From Azolla caroliniana (taxonomy: Eukaryota > Plantae > Polypodiophyta), in the NCBI GenBank assembly GCA_043228905.1, contig JBHGNT010000011.1, positions 13,144,001 through 13,208,000 of the forward strand: 64,000 bases of DNA. The letters are read 5' to 3'. How positions within the stretch are numbered: position 1 is the stretch's first letter; every line of letters begins with the position of its first letter. The translations under genes were made by a program, and so were the position numbers. Positions 12,361 through 23,840 of the stretch are shown one piece after another. The notes beneath the pieces were generated by a model that had not been told where the DNA came from, did not search any database, and saw only the letters and a list, made by a program, of their open reading frames with translations.

Positions 12361-13497
12361 TTTAACTCTTCTTCTAACTGACTAAGGACAACAAATCTGT
12401 TCGCTAGATCTCAACTATTAGTACTATTAGGACTACCAGATATCCCTACTGAAATAGGCTCGGGTTTAGTAAAATTAAAACTAGCGACTATTTGGTTTAC
12501 CTATCTTCTTGGCCTATGGGGGCAATTTATTGCAATATGTCCTGGTCCACCGCAGTAAAGACATAGTCAATTTGTACGGCGTCGCTGCTTTTCTTCTTCG
12601 GATAATGGCCCTCGACGACGTGTAGTGTCAATCTCCGACGGAGTCGGAGTATTCGCTGGAGGCGCATTATATGACTCCCTCGGAAAAGGTCTTGATACCA
12701 CTGAGGCGTAGGTGGGCTCTGATCTTGCCCTCGGCATTTGTAGCTGTCGTTCCGAACGTCGCTCAAAGAGGCGGTTGTCACATCTCACCGCGCGACTGAT
12801 TGCTTCTGTTAAGGACTTTGCCTCTTCGGGGAAGGTCAAGAGTAAATCCTTGACGTCGTTGCGTAAACCATAACGGAATTGCTCCATCAATGCTTGATCA
12901 TCCCAAGGGATATCGGCGGCGAGTAGGCGAAAATCTGCAGCGTATGCAGAGGTTGGACGGTCACCTTGACGTAATCGCCGAATTTTGTTGATTGTGGTTC
13001 TGATGCTGTCAGTATCTCCGAAACATGCTTTAAACTCACCTAGAAACTCTTCAAAATAGTTGAGTAACATGCTCTAATAGTGGAGCGAACCATGCCAACG
13101 TTGAGCCACTTAACAAAGTGCCTACTAAACCTACTCGTGATGCATTGGTGGGATATCGGGAAGGATGCATTTGAATAACTAATCGTACCTGGTTAAGGAA
13201 CCCTCTAAACTGCGATCGCGTTCCATCGAACTTTGTGGGAAGGCCAATCTTGGGTTCTTTATTAATCCCTTGTGTTCCGGGCCCTTGTTGTTGCATCGCT
13301 ACGATGGTGGCTTCGAGTTGTTGCACGCGTAACGCAAGTTCCCCATGTTGTTGTTGCGTTTGCTGCTTTTCTAAGGAGCTTTGCTGAAGATCCCCCAACA
13401 ACCGTTGGTTTTCTTGTTCCAAAGCATGGAACTTCTCTTTCAAGCATTGAAATTCCGAAAAAACAGATTGATATTCTTCAGCGCTAACAGTGGCCAT
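12353..13497 (-). pseudogene. gag: Tcn1-like gag with CCHC zinc knuckle, frameshifted
   Basis: ORFs 13051-13497 (coiled coil, PTKFDG) and 12567-13070 (LRQG..YAADF); CLYCGGPGHIAINC near 12525-12566. Confidence 0.88.
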
Positions 13498-13556
13498 GGG
13501 ATGAAAGAAAAGAGGAATAAGAGATTAGTAGGAAATGAGAGAGACAGAAGGTAGGA

Positions 13557-13568
13557 AAATCGGTTCAA
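13557..13568 (-). promoter_or_regulatory. Self-priming PBS (not a tRNA PBS)
   Basis: TTGAACCGATTT starts 2 nt after the 5' LTR and is complementary to AAATCGGTTCAA (13785-13774), 33 nt downstream of the LTR TATAAAA. Confidence 0.8.
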
Positions 13569-13570
13569 AC

Positions 13571-14002
13571 TGTCAGGAACAGTACTAAGACAGAGAAGGA
13601 ATAAGTACTAAAAGAAGTATTAGTACTAAGAGAGGTGAAGAACTCTTGAGAGAAGGAAAGAGTGAGTGAGAGGGAGGGAGAGAGAGATCGAGAGAGAGAG
13701 AGAGAGTGATGATAAGAAAAGATATATATTATGTGAAGAAAATGTACAGTAGCTAGGAGGCTTAAGACTGGCGTTGAACCGATTTGGTTCAAAATAATGC
13801 CTTGTGCCTCCTTTTATAGTGTTCTAAGGAATACTCCTGAAGTTTCTAGAATGTTCCAGAGAAATCTGGAATATACATCAAGTTTCTATAATAAAATATA
13901 AATGAAAATAATATTTAATGTATTACAATGTATAGTCTAATGGTCAATAGCTCGACCCATGTAGCATAAGGTCATGGGTTCGAGTCTTGCCATATCATGA
14001 CA
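13571..14002 (-). repeat. 5' LTR of the Tcn1-like element
   Basis: TGTCA..TGACA; TATA box at 13812-13818 on the minus strand; A/B boxes at 13933-13987 on the plus strand. Confidence 0.95.
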
Positions 14003-14007
14003 CTCAC

Positions 14008-15634
14008 GCTCCTCGACCCGTTCAATTCCGCGTGCTTCGACCCTTCCAGTCGGCTTGTCTGCTCATGCGGCCTTTCTCAACTCCCTTGTTGTTGCGGTGT
14101 TGGCACCTCTTTCGCTGCCCTTTCCTCCATTTGGCCCTCAGTCGATTCGTAAAATCCGAATTGAACATTTCGATTAAATCTGACACTTCCGATTCAATTC
14201 CACTTTCGCCCGAATTGGATGTCTCCAATTTGTCTTCTGTTTTTAGGCCCTTGACAACATCAGACCATATCTTGGCCTTGGACTTTACGCCCTTCGTGGC
14301 TGTATTTCCCCTTTGTTTGGTTGTCTTCGGCTATTCCTTGGGATCACGGTCGTTGTTTCCTTCTTCTTTGGCTTCTTCAGCTGGCCCGAAATCGAATTCT
14401 CCATCTGTTTTGGCATAGCAGTCACTACCACTCCTTTCACGCTCCTGTTCCTGTTCTTGTCTCACCCTCAAGTTCGGCGTATCGAGATGACGCAAACCCA
14501 ACTCACTCGAGAAATGCAGTAACTTGTTGAGACTAAGGGGTTTGGTGAAGATGTCGGCAATCTGCCGACTTGTCGGAACATACGCCAGTTCGACCTCACC
14601 AGAAAGGACAGGCTCGCGGATGAAGTGATAATGCACCTCAATGTGCTTGGTTTAGCCGTGGAACACAGAGTTCTTCACAAGGTGGATGCTGCTGAGGTTG
14701 TCGCAATAGGTCATCGTTTGTTCAGACACCTCCACATGCAGATCCCGTAATAGCCGTTTTACCTAGATGACTTTGCACGTAGCGACAGTCGCCCCTCGAT
14801 ATTCGGCCTTTGTGCTTCATAACGCTACTGTCAGCTGCTTCTTACTGCTCCACGTGATCACCGCACTTCCTAATGAGAATGAGTATCCGGTTGTGGATCT
14901 ATGATCGTGGGCATTTCCAGCCCAATCGGCATCCGTGTAGGCGACTAACTGTTCGGCTACGCTTGCACAATACAACAACGCCATGTTTTTCGTATTGTTG
15001 ACAAAACGTAATATTCTTTGCGCGCACTTAAGGTGTTTGGTTGTGGGTTGCGACATAAATTGACTGATCATTTGGACCAAATAGTTGAGGTCGGGCTGAG
15101 TGATTGTCAAGTAAATGAGGCTTTCCGAAAATCTATCGAAATCGTGTTTGCATCGCACGTCTTTCACGAATCTCGGCGAAGCTTTATGTTTCTATCTAGC
15201 GGGGTCGAGACTGGCTTACAATTTGCCATCCCAAACTTGAAGAGCATATTCAACGCATAATGACGCTAGTTGATCAATATGCCTTCAGGGGAACGGATCA
15301 CTTTGATCCCGAGGAAGTAATGAAGATCGCCAAGATCCTTCATTTCGAACAATGCCGCAAGTTGAGACTTTACACGGCGGATTTCTTTTAGGTCAGCACC
15401 GGCGATGACTAAATCATCAACATAAAGTAAAAGACAAACCGGTCCATGTCGACCTTGTCAAACGAATAACGAAGAGTCCGATTTGGACGTCGTAAACCCC
15501 ATTCTACGCGACCGTTGCGTAATCTTTGCGCTCCAAGCTCGCGGGGCTTGCTTAAGGCTGTATAATGCCTTCATCAATTGGCAGATTACCAAAGTGTTTT
15601 GTTCGGATAGAAATCCGGGGGGTTGTACCATGTA
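14008..15634 (-). pseudogene. pol: Copia D pol fragment (end of RT, RNase H, extension)
   Basis: YLTITQPDL, YTDADWAG and HYHFIRE motifs in ORFs 14817-15167 and 14331-14636. Confidence 0.85.
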
Positions 15635-15639
15635 CACCT

Positions 15640-16105
15640 TATTAGAGATTAGGTACTAAAGTAAGCATAAAATAAGGATATATCAATGATAGATCTAGAA
15701 AGAATAGAGAGAAAAGAGAGAAAGAAGGGTGCCGATCCACCCGACCACCCCCGAGCGAAGGGATCGAGACGGACTCGAGCCTCGATCGGCGTCCCATACC
15801 ACCGCCTTGGCGTCGAGTCGTACCTGGACGATAGCGCGCTTGCTACAAGAGTCGTTCCATTCACGGACAGAGTCTCGACGTAGTCAATGCATGCCCCCAA
15901 TGAGGGTAGCTAGGCCTCTTATTTATAGTAATTCTCAAGGCCCCCAGCCATGTTCACACTTGGCCTCATGGGTTGTCTCAATCCCGAGGATTAAAAGTAA
16001 TCCTCCCCTTCTTTAGACTCTTTGTTTAACCCTCACACTTATCCACGTGTATAGAATACTACGACAATTCTCACCACGGGATATTATATGGTCATGCCCG
16101 TAACA
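15640..16105 (-). repeat. 3' LTR of the Met-primed chromovirus
   Basis: Direct repeat of 22224-22689. Confidence 0.96.
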
Positions 16106-17519
16106 TACTCCCCCTCTTTAAAACATTGCACTCTTGCAATGGAAAGTTAGGGAAGTTAGTTCTTAGAGTCGTTTCGCGTTCCCATGTGGCATCTTTGATT
16201 GATTTATCCATCCATTTTATTTTAAATTCTCGGATTTCCTTAGCACGTAATTTTTTTGTTTTAACATCGAGAATTCTTTCTGGTACATGTGGTTTAGAAG
16301 ATAAATCTTCAGAAGTAACCAGAGTTTCAGTTGTAACTGTATTGTCGCCAGAACCTAGAAGTTCTTTTAGACGACTTACATGAAAGACTGGATGGATTCC
16401 AACACCATCGGGAAGAGCGAGACGATAGGCTGATGATCCAATGCGTTTGAGGACTGTAAAAGGTCCACAAAACCGTGGGGCTAACTTAGCGCACTTACCC
16501 GTAGACAATGTCTTAGAATTGTGAGGTACACGTAAAAATACCTTCTGTCCAGGGCTGAATACACGAGGTTGCCTGTGATGATCGGCATAAAAACGCGCTC
16601 TATCTTGAGCTGTTTTTATATTATCCCGTGCAATATGCAACATATCTTGCATATCCCGAAGAAAGTTTTGCGTACTTCGCAACTCATCATGATGTATATT
16701 AACATCAATCGGGGCTCGTGGCTGAAATCCATACATCAACATAAAAGGACTATATCCCGTCGACGTATGCTTGGAGCTGTTATAAGCAAACTCCAAAATT
16801 GGGAGGTAACGTTCCCATTTTGTTGGTTTTGCACCAACGTATGCTCGAAGCATGTCCTCAATAATTTGATTTACTCGTTTTGTCTGTCCATCGGATTGAG
16901 GATGATCCGTGGAGCTCATGCTCAACGTAGTTTCTAACTTCTTAAAGACTTGCGTCCAGAAGTCACTAGTAAACTTCGGATCTCGGTCACTCACGATATC
17001 CATCGGTAACCCGTAAAAACGAAATAACTCATCAACGAATTGGTTAGCCAATTCAGGAGCTGTTACCGTGGTTTTAGTAGCAATAAATCTGGCCATTTTA
17101 GTTAGTCTGTCAACCACAACCCATATGGCATCATGACCTTTTTGGGTGCGAGGAAGGCTAACAATAAAATCCATGGATATACTTTCCCACTTATTATTGG
17201 GAATGTCCAAGGGATGTAAAAGTCCTGCGGCTTTAAGTCGCTCGGCTTTGTTAACCTGACATTGGTGACATTTAGTCACATAGCTATGTATGTCAAGACG
17301 CATCTTAGGCCAATAAAATTGAGTGGAGATGAGAACGAGTGTACGATGTATTCCAGGGTGCCCTGCTGAGGGTGCATCATGGCATTCAAAAAGAATTCTC
17401 TTTTTGACCTCAAGTAAATCTAGAACACAAACCTTCCCATTACGGTAGAGCAGACCGTTAGCAATGTGGAAGTATTCCTTCGAGGGTGTGGTGGTGTCTA
17501 TTCCATACTCGACTCTTGC
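16092..17519 (-). CDS. pol: Integrase plus chromodomain; in-frame continuation of gag-pol after one premature TAG
   Basis: ORF 16092-17303 (SMDF, SDRD, GPF, PERILD..KW..ATWE) is in frame with 17520-20615. Confidence 0.9.
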   Translation of the reverse strand, partial: ARVEYGIDTTTPSKEYFHIANGLLYRNGKVCVLDLLEVKKRILFECHDAPSAGHPGIHRTLVLISTQFYWPKMRLDIHSYVTKCHQCQVNKAERLKAAGLLHPLDIPNNKWESISMDFIVSLPRTQKGHDAIWVVVDRLTKMARFIATKTTVTAPELANQFVDELFRFYGLPMDIVSDRDPKFTSDFWTQVFKKLETTLSMSSTDHPQSDGQTKRVNQIIEDMLRAYVGAKPTKWERYLPILEFAYNSSKHTSTGYSPFMLMYGFQPRAPIDVNIHHDELRSTQNFLRDMQDMLHIARDNIKTAQDRARFYADHHRQPRVFSPGQKVFLRVPHNSKTLSTGKCAKLAPRFCGPFTVLKRIGSSAYRLALPDGVGIHPVFHVSRLKELLGSGDNTVTTETLVTSEDLSSKPHVPERILDVKTKKLRAKEIREFKIKWMDKSIKDATWERETTLRTNFPNFPLQECNVLKRGSMLRA

Positions 17520-20500
17520 CTAGTATTTTGCAAAATAATTGTCATCAGGATACTTTCCTCGAAGGTGATCATAAAGATCTGATGTTATTTCAGTGAAGCT
17601 AAGCATGTTAACTTCACGGATGCGACTTAGTGCATCAGCGACAGTATTCATGGAACCTTTACGATATCGTATGGAAAAATCAAAGTCCTGGATGAGATCA
17701 GCCCATCGTGCCTTACGACCTTTCAGGTCTTGTTGGTCACAAAAATATTTCAAGGACTCGTGGTCCGTAGTTACCACAAAGCGATTTCCATAAAGATAAT
17801 GGCGCCATGTTTTGAGCGCATGTATAACCGCAAATAATTCCTTTTCTTGAACGGTATACCGACATTGAGCAGAATCAAGTTTCTGACTCTCGAATGCTAT
17901 TGGTTTACCATCTTGATACAAGACAGCACCTATAGCATAATCGCTTGCGTCGGTTTCAACCTCAAAAGGTTTTGAAGGATCGGGTAAAAGAAGTGAAGGA
18001 GCCTTGCATACCAAGTCCTTGAGTTCCTTAAAGGCGAGGTCTAGTGTAGCATTCCACACAATAGGTTTTGTAGACTTACGCGTTTGACCTTTTAGAAGAT
18101 CAGTAAACGGCGTCGTCAATTGTGAGTAATTACGAAGAGATTTTCGCAAAAATCCGACAAAACCAAGGAATGATCGAACTTCTCGAATATTCCGAAGAGT
18201 GGGCCAAAGCTTGATTTTCTCGATGCGAGAAGGATCAATTTCAACTCCTCGTTCGGTTATGAGATGTCCAAGATAAGTAATTGATTTCTTGAAGAACTCA
18301 CATTTTGAGATCTTCGCGTAAAATTGTTTGTCACGCAATATTTGTAAAACAAAGCGGACATGTCTAGCATGTTCTTGTAATGTACGGCTATAAACTAAAA
18401 TATCATCTAAGAAGATAACGACAAATTTTCCAAGTTGTTCTTGGAAAATGTCATTCATTTCTTGTTGAAATGTAGCCGGAGCATTGGTCAAACCAAAAGG
18501 CATAACCAAAAACTCATAATGGCCGTAGCGCGTACGAAATGCTGTTTTAGGAACATCGTCCTCACTTATTCGTATTTGATGGTAGCCAGTACGGAGATCA
18601 AGTTTCGTAAAATACCGAGCTCCCTGGAGACGGTCAATTAGATCGTCAGCCCGGGGCAATGGGTACGAATTCTTGATCGTCACTTTATTCAAGCGTCGGT
18701 AATTAATACACATACGCCATGTGCCCTCTTTCTTTTTAACCAAGAGAACTGGTGCACCCCATGGAGATTTACTATAACGTATATAACCCATTCGTAAATA
18801 GTCCTTAAGTTGCTTAGCTACCTCATCCTCTTCAGATCGACTTAGGCGATACGGAGGTATACTAATGGGTGCAATGCCAGGTACAATATCTATACGATGG
18901 TCTATATTACGTTTAGGAGGTAAACCATCGGGTAGTTCACTCGGAAAAACATCACGAAAATCGTTTACGATTTCATCAAGTTGTTTTTGTTCAAAATATG
19001 TTAATTGACCCGAGACATTATCGATATTGTAAACGTGAATGTCCGGATCAAGTACACAATAAAATAACGTAGAACAAGACAACTCGGATATTGATGGACA
19101 CGAGGAAACAATCGAGAAGGATTGTTTTGTTACACATTGAATAAAATGCGTACAATCGTTGAGTACAAAAGAAATGGAATGGCGAACCCAATCAATAAAT
19201 AAAGAAGAGCTTTTATTATAAAACCAGGGATAACCCAGTATTACATCGGTGGTACTAAGATTCATTACATGGAAGTCTACTTCCTCTATATAGGTATCAA
19301 TAGAAATTCCTAAAGAATGAATCGCCCCGTTGATGTGTTGTACTCTTCCATCAGCCAAGTGCACCGTGTAGGTGTGATCACTTACGGTGGGTTGGATTCC
19401 CCATATCTGTACCAAACGATCATTCACAAAATTGTGTGAGCTTCCCGAATCAAATAAAAATTGTACGGGAGATCCATTGATATACCCGTTTGCACGTAGT
19501 AAATCATTGGGACCCAATACATAATGAGGGAAAGAACATTGACAATTACTCAAATGATGTGTATAGACCTGAAGGACATTAGGAATCTGACCTTTATGGT
19601 CTATAGCTTTAGGTTTGGCGTCGTGCTCTTTTCGTTGGAGCTTACGACATTGCTCTTTTGTATGACCCTTCTTTTTGCAGAATACGCAAAAAGGATGTTG
19701 TCGCTTATAATCGCGATCCATGAATTCGTTGGGTGTCTTGCGTTTCCCAACGAATTGCGACTGCTTAGTCCCGGGCGCTTCGTTGGGTTTGTTATGGTCC
19801 TTCTTCGAAGTGCGTTGATAGCGAAGAACTATCTCAACGGCCTCTTCGAAGGATTTTGGATCCTTATCGTGCACTATCCAGTGATAGTCCGAATTGGGGA
19901 TGCCATTGACAAAACAAGCTATTAACCAGTTGTCCCCTTCTAGACCCGATTTTTGGATTTGGGTTCTAGCATGGTGGACATAGTCTTCTAGCGAGGAAAA
20001 CTTCCTGCTAGAGAGGTTCATTAAAGCTTGTGCTGCCTCGGTTCGAGAGGGAGGTTGTAGAAATTGACCCTTGAAAACTGTGACAAAGTTTGTCCAGGTC
20101 TCGGGCAATCTCCCCAAAGTTCGGAGCCCACGCCACCAAGCGGCGGCCTTACCCCCTAGTTCTCGGCCGACATATGCAATCTTCGTACTATCTGGCGTGG
20201 GATAGAGCTCAAAATGAGACTCCCATCGGCCCAGCCACGTGCAGATTGCTTCTTCGGTTCTTTCCTTTTTATCTCCCGTAAATGGCTTTACGACAAATGA
20301 TGGTTCACCCTTACGCTCATCAGGTCTATTAATCTCATTTTGGAGACTAATGACTCGTGCCTCGAGAGCACTTTGAGATTGCCGAAATTCGGTCAACTGC
20401 TGCGCGGTTGAACTAAGGAAATGTTGTACTTGTAAAATATACGCCTCAATGGACATTGTCCCAGGAGGATTTCCTTGAGGTCTTTCCGCTTGAGCGGAGG

Positions 20501-20615
20501 GCATCGGGTCGTTATTCTGAGCCATTGAATGATTATTTCTGGCAAAGAAATAAGATAAGGTCAGACAAATAGTCATAACATCTTGTCGTGGTGTAAACAT
20601 ATCATGGGCAAACAT
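17520..20615 (-). CDS. gag-pol: Gag-PR-RT-RNase H polyprotein (1031 aa up to the premature stop)
   Basis: [14 protein letters not shown] knuckle, LFDSGS protease, FLDD RT, ETDASD RNase H. Confidence 0.93.
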   Translation of the reverse strand: MFAHDMFTPRQDVMTICLTLSYFFARNNHSMAQNNDPMPSAQAERPQGNPPGTMSIEAYILQVQHFLSSTAQQLTEFRQSQSALEARVISLQNEINRPDERKGEPSFVVKPFTGDKKERTEEAICTWLGRWESHFELYPTPDSTKIAYVGRELGGKAAAWWRGLRTLGRLPETWTNFVTVFKGQFLQPPSRTEAAQALMNLSSRKFSSLEDYVHHARTQIQKSGLEGDNWLIACFVNGIPNSDYHWIVHDKDPKSFEEAVEIVLRYQRTSKKDHNKPNEAPGTKQSQFVGKRKTPNEFMDRDYKRQHPFCVFCKKKGHTKEQCRKLQRKEHDAKPKAIDHKGQIPNVLQVYTHHLSNCQCSFPHYVLGPNDLLRANGYINGSPVQFLFDSGSSHNFVNDRLVQIWGIQPTVSDHTYTVHLADGRVQHINGAIHSLGISIDTYIEEVDFHVMNLSTTDVILGYPWFYNKSSSLFIDWVRHSISFVLNDCTHFIQCVTKQSFSIVSSCPSISELSCSTLFYCVLDPDIHVYNIDNVSGQLTYFEQKQLDEIVNDFRDVFPSELPDGLPPKRNIDHRIDIVPGIAPISIPPYRLSRSEEDEVAKQLKDYLRMGYIRYSKSPWGAPVLLVKKKEGTWRMCINYRRLNKVTIKNSYPLPRADDLIDRLQGARYFTKLDLRTGYHQIRISEDDVPKTAFRTRYGHYEFLVMPFGLTNAPATFQQEMNDIFQEQLGKFVVIFLDDILVYSRTLQEHARHVRFVLQILRDKQFYAKISKCEFFKKSITYLGHLITERGVEIDPSRIEKIKLWPTLRNIREVRSFLGFVGFLRKSLRNYSQLTTPFTDLLKGQTRKSTKPIVWNATLDLAFKELKDLVCKAPSLLLPDPSKPFEVETDASDYAIGAVLYQDGKPIAFESQKLDSAQCRYTVQEKELFAVIHALKTWRHYLYGNRFVVTTDHESLKYFCDQQDLKGRKARWADLIQDFDFSIRYRKGSMNTVADALSRIREVNMLSFTEITSDLYDHLRGKYPDDNYFAKY

Positions 20616-21712
20616 TAATCGATATCATGATCTCACGTCAATACCCCTCTAGACGTATGAGATGAGGTTCAAGATCAGGTTACTATGGTAACACAGAGGT
20701 GTTTTAAAAACCATGGGGGTGACAAATGAATGCCTTTCCCTGATCTCTATATCGATTTTTTTCATGGCGGCTCCCCGAGGCTCAACCATCTATGTTCGCG
20801 TCATGAATAGTTTATACACGAAAAAAATGTTAACAATAACTATGTTTCTGTGCCCACATATGTGGTTTCGGCTCTTTAAGTCCTATTACGAGGACCCCGA
20901 AGTGCACTTAGACCTAAAGTCTAAACATGTATTATAGTCATATGTATCAACGATGTTGTATGGTGTTGGTCATATTTGAACTCGAGACCTCGAGGACAAA
21001 TAAATTAAACACTTGAGCCAACCAAGTAGATTGCGCGTCTTGAATGTTTAATGTTTGAGGCGTATTCGAGATATGCGAGGCATTTGCCCCTATATGTTTT
21101 TTTTAAAAGAAACATATAGGTCAAGTGGCCTTATTTCTCCCTCATTTATTACCCACTATGGTTGTACGCTACCTACCCTCAAGCCTCGTAAGTACAATGG
21201 CATATGCCAAAGTGTAACCTAATGGTCAAGCCGAATGAGCCCTTGTGTCTTCGTAGGCTCATGTGGCCCATCACATGGTCACGTCATTACGAATGGCGCT
21301 CGTAAGAATGAGCTCATGGTGGCATCGTATCCATGTAACGAGGGGAGATGTTGGATACGTGTGTCATTAGAGCGACCCTACTTGATGTGGATCAAGCCCG
21401 ACGTATTCAACATCATTTTGGCTATACGAGGTTCGTTACGTAACGAAAGATCAAAGTGACCAACGGGAATTTCAACAATAAAAATTGTTGATAAAAGGGA
21501 TGGTGACAACGCCATTCTCACAAAAATGTGAGGACGGCCACCAAAATCCTCTCCCCAATTAGGAAAACATTTGATATTAATCACGTAATCTAAAATATAC
21601 ACATATGTCAATATATCACATATATACGATCAGAGACGTATATAAGTGACCACATATGCGTATACTAAATGAATCGTTTTTTTTATATAGCCAACAATGA
21701 TGTATTCGGGAT

Positions 21713-21968
21713 ACGTAATCGAGGCATATACCTCTACGCACACGAAACATCCGAAAATAAGGTTAAGCGTAATTCGCAATTGAGGTATTGACCTCTTACG
21801 CATAGTAAATCCAACGCATATCATTTCGAACGAATCGAGGTATTGACCTCGTACGCGAATGTAACATATGTTCGTGAACGTAATACGCAATTGAGGTTGT
21901 AACCTCGTACGCATACGACACTCATCACATATGATTTATATGTCAAACGAGGTATTGACCTCGTGGAC
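21713..21968. repeat. Five spaced palindromic motifs GAGGT-N4-ACCTC in the 5' leader
   Basis: Cores at 21721, 21782, 21837, 21893 and 21949. Confidence 0.75.
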
Positions 21969-22209
21969 ATATGTAAACGTTTAAGATAACCAATTAAATA
22001 CCACGTCAACATCATTGAATATATGAAAAAAAAACTACATATTAAGTATACACATGTATAGAAGGGAGAAGAAAAATTAGATAAAAAATTAAGGAAAATT
22101 TACCGAAGTTCTTTCGCTAATCCTTGTCTGCATGAAGGCGACCGCACAACGATCAATCGCCATCCCACGCGAAGACAAAAAGAAAACCAAAAGAAACGTT
22201 AGTACATAG

Positions 22210-22221
22210 GCTCTGATACCA
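22210..22221 (-). promoter_or_regulatory. PBS for initiator tRNA-Met
   Basis: TGGTATCAGAGC 2 nt after the 5' LTR. Confidence 0.95.
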
Positions 22222-22223
22222 AA

Positions 22224-22689
22224 TATTAGAGATTAGGTACTAAAGTAAGCATAAAATAAGGATATATCAATGATAGATCTAGAAAGAATAGAGAGAAAAG
22301 AGAGAAAGAAGGGTGCCGATCCACCCGACCACCCCCGAGCGAAGGGATCGAGACGGACTCGAGCCTCGATCGGCGTCCCATACCACCGCCTTGGCGTCGA
22401 GTCGTACCTGGACGATAGCGCGCTTGCTACAAGAGTCGTTCCACTCACGGACAGAGTCTCGACGTAGTCAATGCATGCCCCCAATGAGGGTAGCTAGGCC
22501 TCTTATTTATAGTAATTCTCAAGGCCCCCAGCCATGTTCACACTTGGCCTCATGGGTTGTCTCAATCCCGAGGATTAAAAGTAATCCTCCCCTTCTTTAG
22601 ACTCTTTGTTTAACCCTCACACTTATCCACGTGTATAGAATACTACGACAATTCTCACCACGGGATATTATATGGTCATGCCCGTAACA
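22224..22689 (-). repeat. 5' LTR of the Met-primed chromovirus
   Basis: TGTTACGGG..CTCTAATA in element sense; TATAAATA near 22504-22511. Confidence 0.96.
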
Positions 22690-22694
22690 CACCT

Positions 22695-22890
22695 GTTCCT
22701 CAAGATCACCTTGCAGGAACACATTTGATGTAGATGCCACCCCTTCGCCGCAGCTACGGCTAGAAGAACTCACACGGTAGTCATCTTCGCGACTGAGGCG
22801 AAGGTCTCGTCGTAATCTACGTCGTGCTTCTGCATGTAGCCTTTCGCAACCAAACGGGCCTTATATCCATTTACGGAGCTGTCAGTGTTG
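22695..22890 (-). pseudogene. pol: Copia D RT fragment between two insertions
   Basis: [20 protein letters not shown]. Confidence 0.85.
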
Positions 22891-23332
22891 TATTTTGTGA
22901 AAGATTATGTGCGGAAGCAATAGAAAACGAACACAGAGAAAATACGCAGGTTTAATGGAGGTCTTGAATATACATAGTACGCGGGAGAGACAGAGAGAGA
23001 ACACGAAAAGAAATCAATTCAAAAAATACTAACTTTGTACTTACATCGTGATCAATGAGCACCTTTTATACAAGCCCTGACAATGGGCTGACACAAGTAT
23101 TGACAGTACTTGACTGCTCATAAATGAGCCTCGACAGTCACTCCCAAAATTATTCCTTTATGAGGAATATCTCTCTAACGGCCTTTTGGTTTACGCACTG
23201 ATACGGCCTTTCATTACGCACCGGTTTGCGTACCAGTTTACGCATCCATTTTACAAACTGGTCCGGCCTAACTGATCGGTCCTAACCGATCCGGTCCTCG
23301 GCTTGCTTAGCCGATCCGGCCAATGTTAAGCT

Positions 23333-23800
23333 TGTTAAGAAAACGTGAAGAAGGCACTCGGGCTCTTCTTATGTATGCGCGGCGGATCGTAGTGTGCTGG
23401 ATCGTTAGCGTGCTCTAAGCAGACAGAGAAAGGAAAGGGGACTTACCTCTGTAGTAGCAAAATGGTTTTCTTCTATTACATGTAGAGCTCAACTTGCTCT
23501 CGTCAGTCTTTTGGTCTCTCACTCTCTCTCAGAGTTCTCTACTCACTATTCTCTGTTTTTTCTTACTACTTACTTCCTATTCACTCTTACTTACTTTTAC
23601 CTAAGTCATAAGTTATTACACATGCAGCTAATTAGCTGCCAGTAGCTAATTAGCTGTCAGTCGCTAAATAGCTGTTCACTAGCTAATTAGCTGTCACTAG
23701 CTAAATAGCTGTTTTACCTTTTTGTTCACTAGTAGCTAAATAGCTACTATAGCTTATTTCTCATAAGCATCACATACCATGTTGAGCTTGCTTCTCAACA
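23333..23800 (-). repeat. 3' LTR of Copia F
   Basis: Direct repeat of 28311-28778; TG..CA. Confidence 0.96.
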
Positions 23801-23840
23801 CTCCCCCTCAAGCTCAACTTATTCTTGCTTGAGGTTCTCT

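Larger units (their letters stand above)
8257..14002 (-). mobile_element. Full-length Ty3/Gypsy chromovirus, Tcn1-like, degenerate
   Basis: LTRs 8257-8666 and 13571-14002; TSD CTCAC; order gag, PR (LLDSGA), RT (YLDD), RH, INT, chromodomain (EYEVAAILDS..YLVDWLGY); PPT from 8667. Confidence 0.95.
15640..22689 (-). mobile_element. Young full-length Ty3/Gypsy chromovirus, tRNA-Met primed, with TG..TA LTRs
   Basis: 466-bp LTRs 15640-16105 and 22224-22689 with one difference seen; TSD CACCT; PBS 22210-22221; PPT near 16106-16120. Confidence 0.96.

Noticed and set aside
15649-16016. Small ORFs duplicated at 22233-22600
   Set aside because: Duplicated only because they lie in near-identical LTRs.
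17520-17522. Programmed stop read-through
   Set aside because: The position between RNase H and integrase is atypical; a point mutation is simpler.
21713-21968. CRISPR array
   Set aside because: Eukaryotic retrotransposon leader, short degenerate repeats and no cas genes; kept only as a stem-loop array.
20713-22015. Extra gene in the long chromovirus leader
   Set aside because: Only short ORFs under 100 aa with no motifs.
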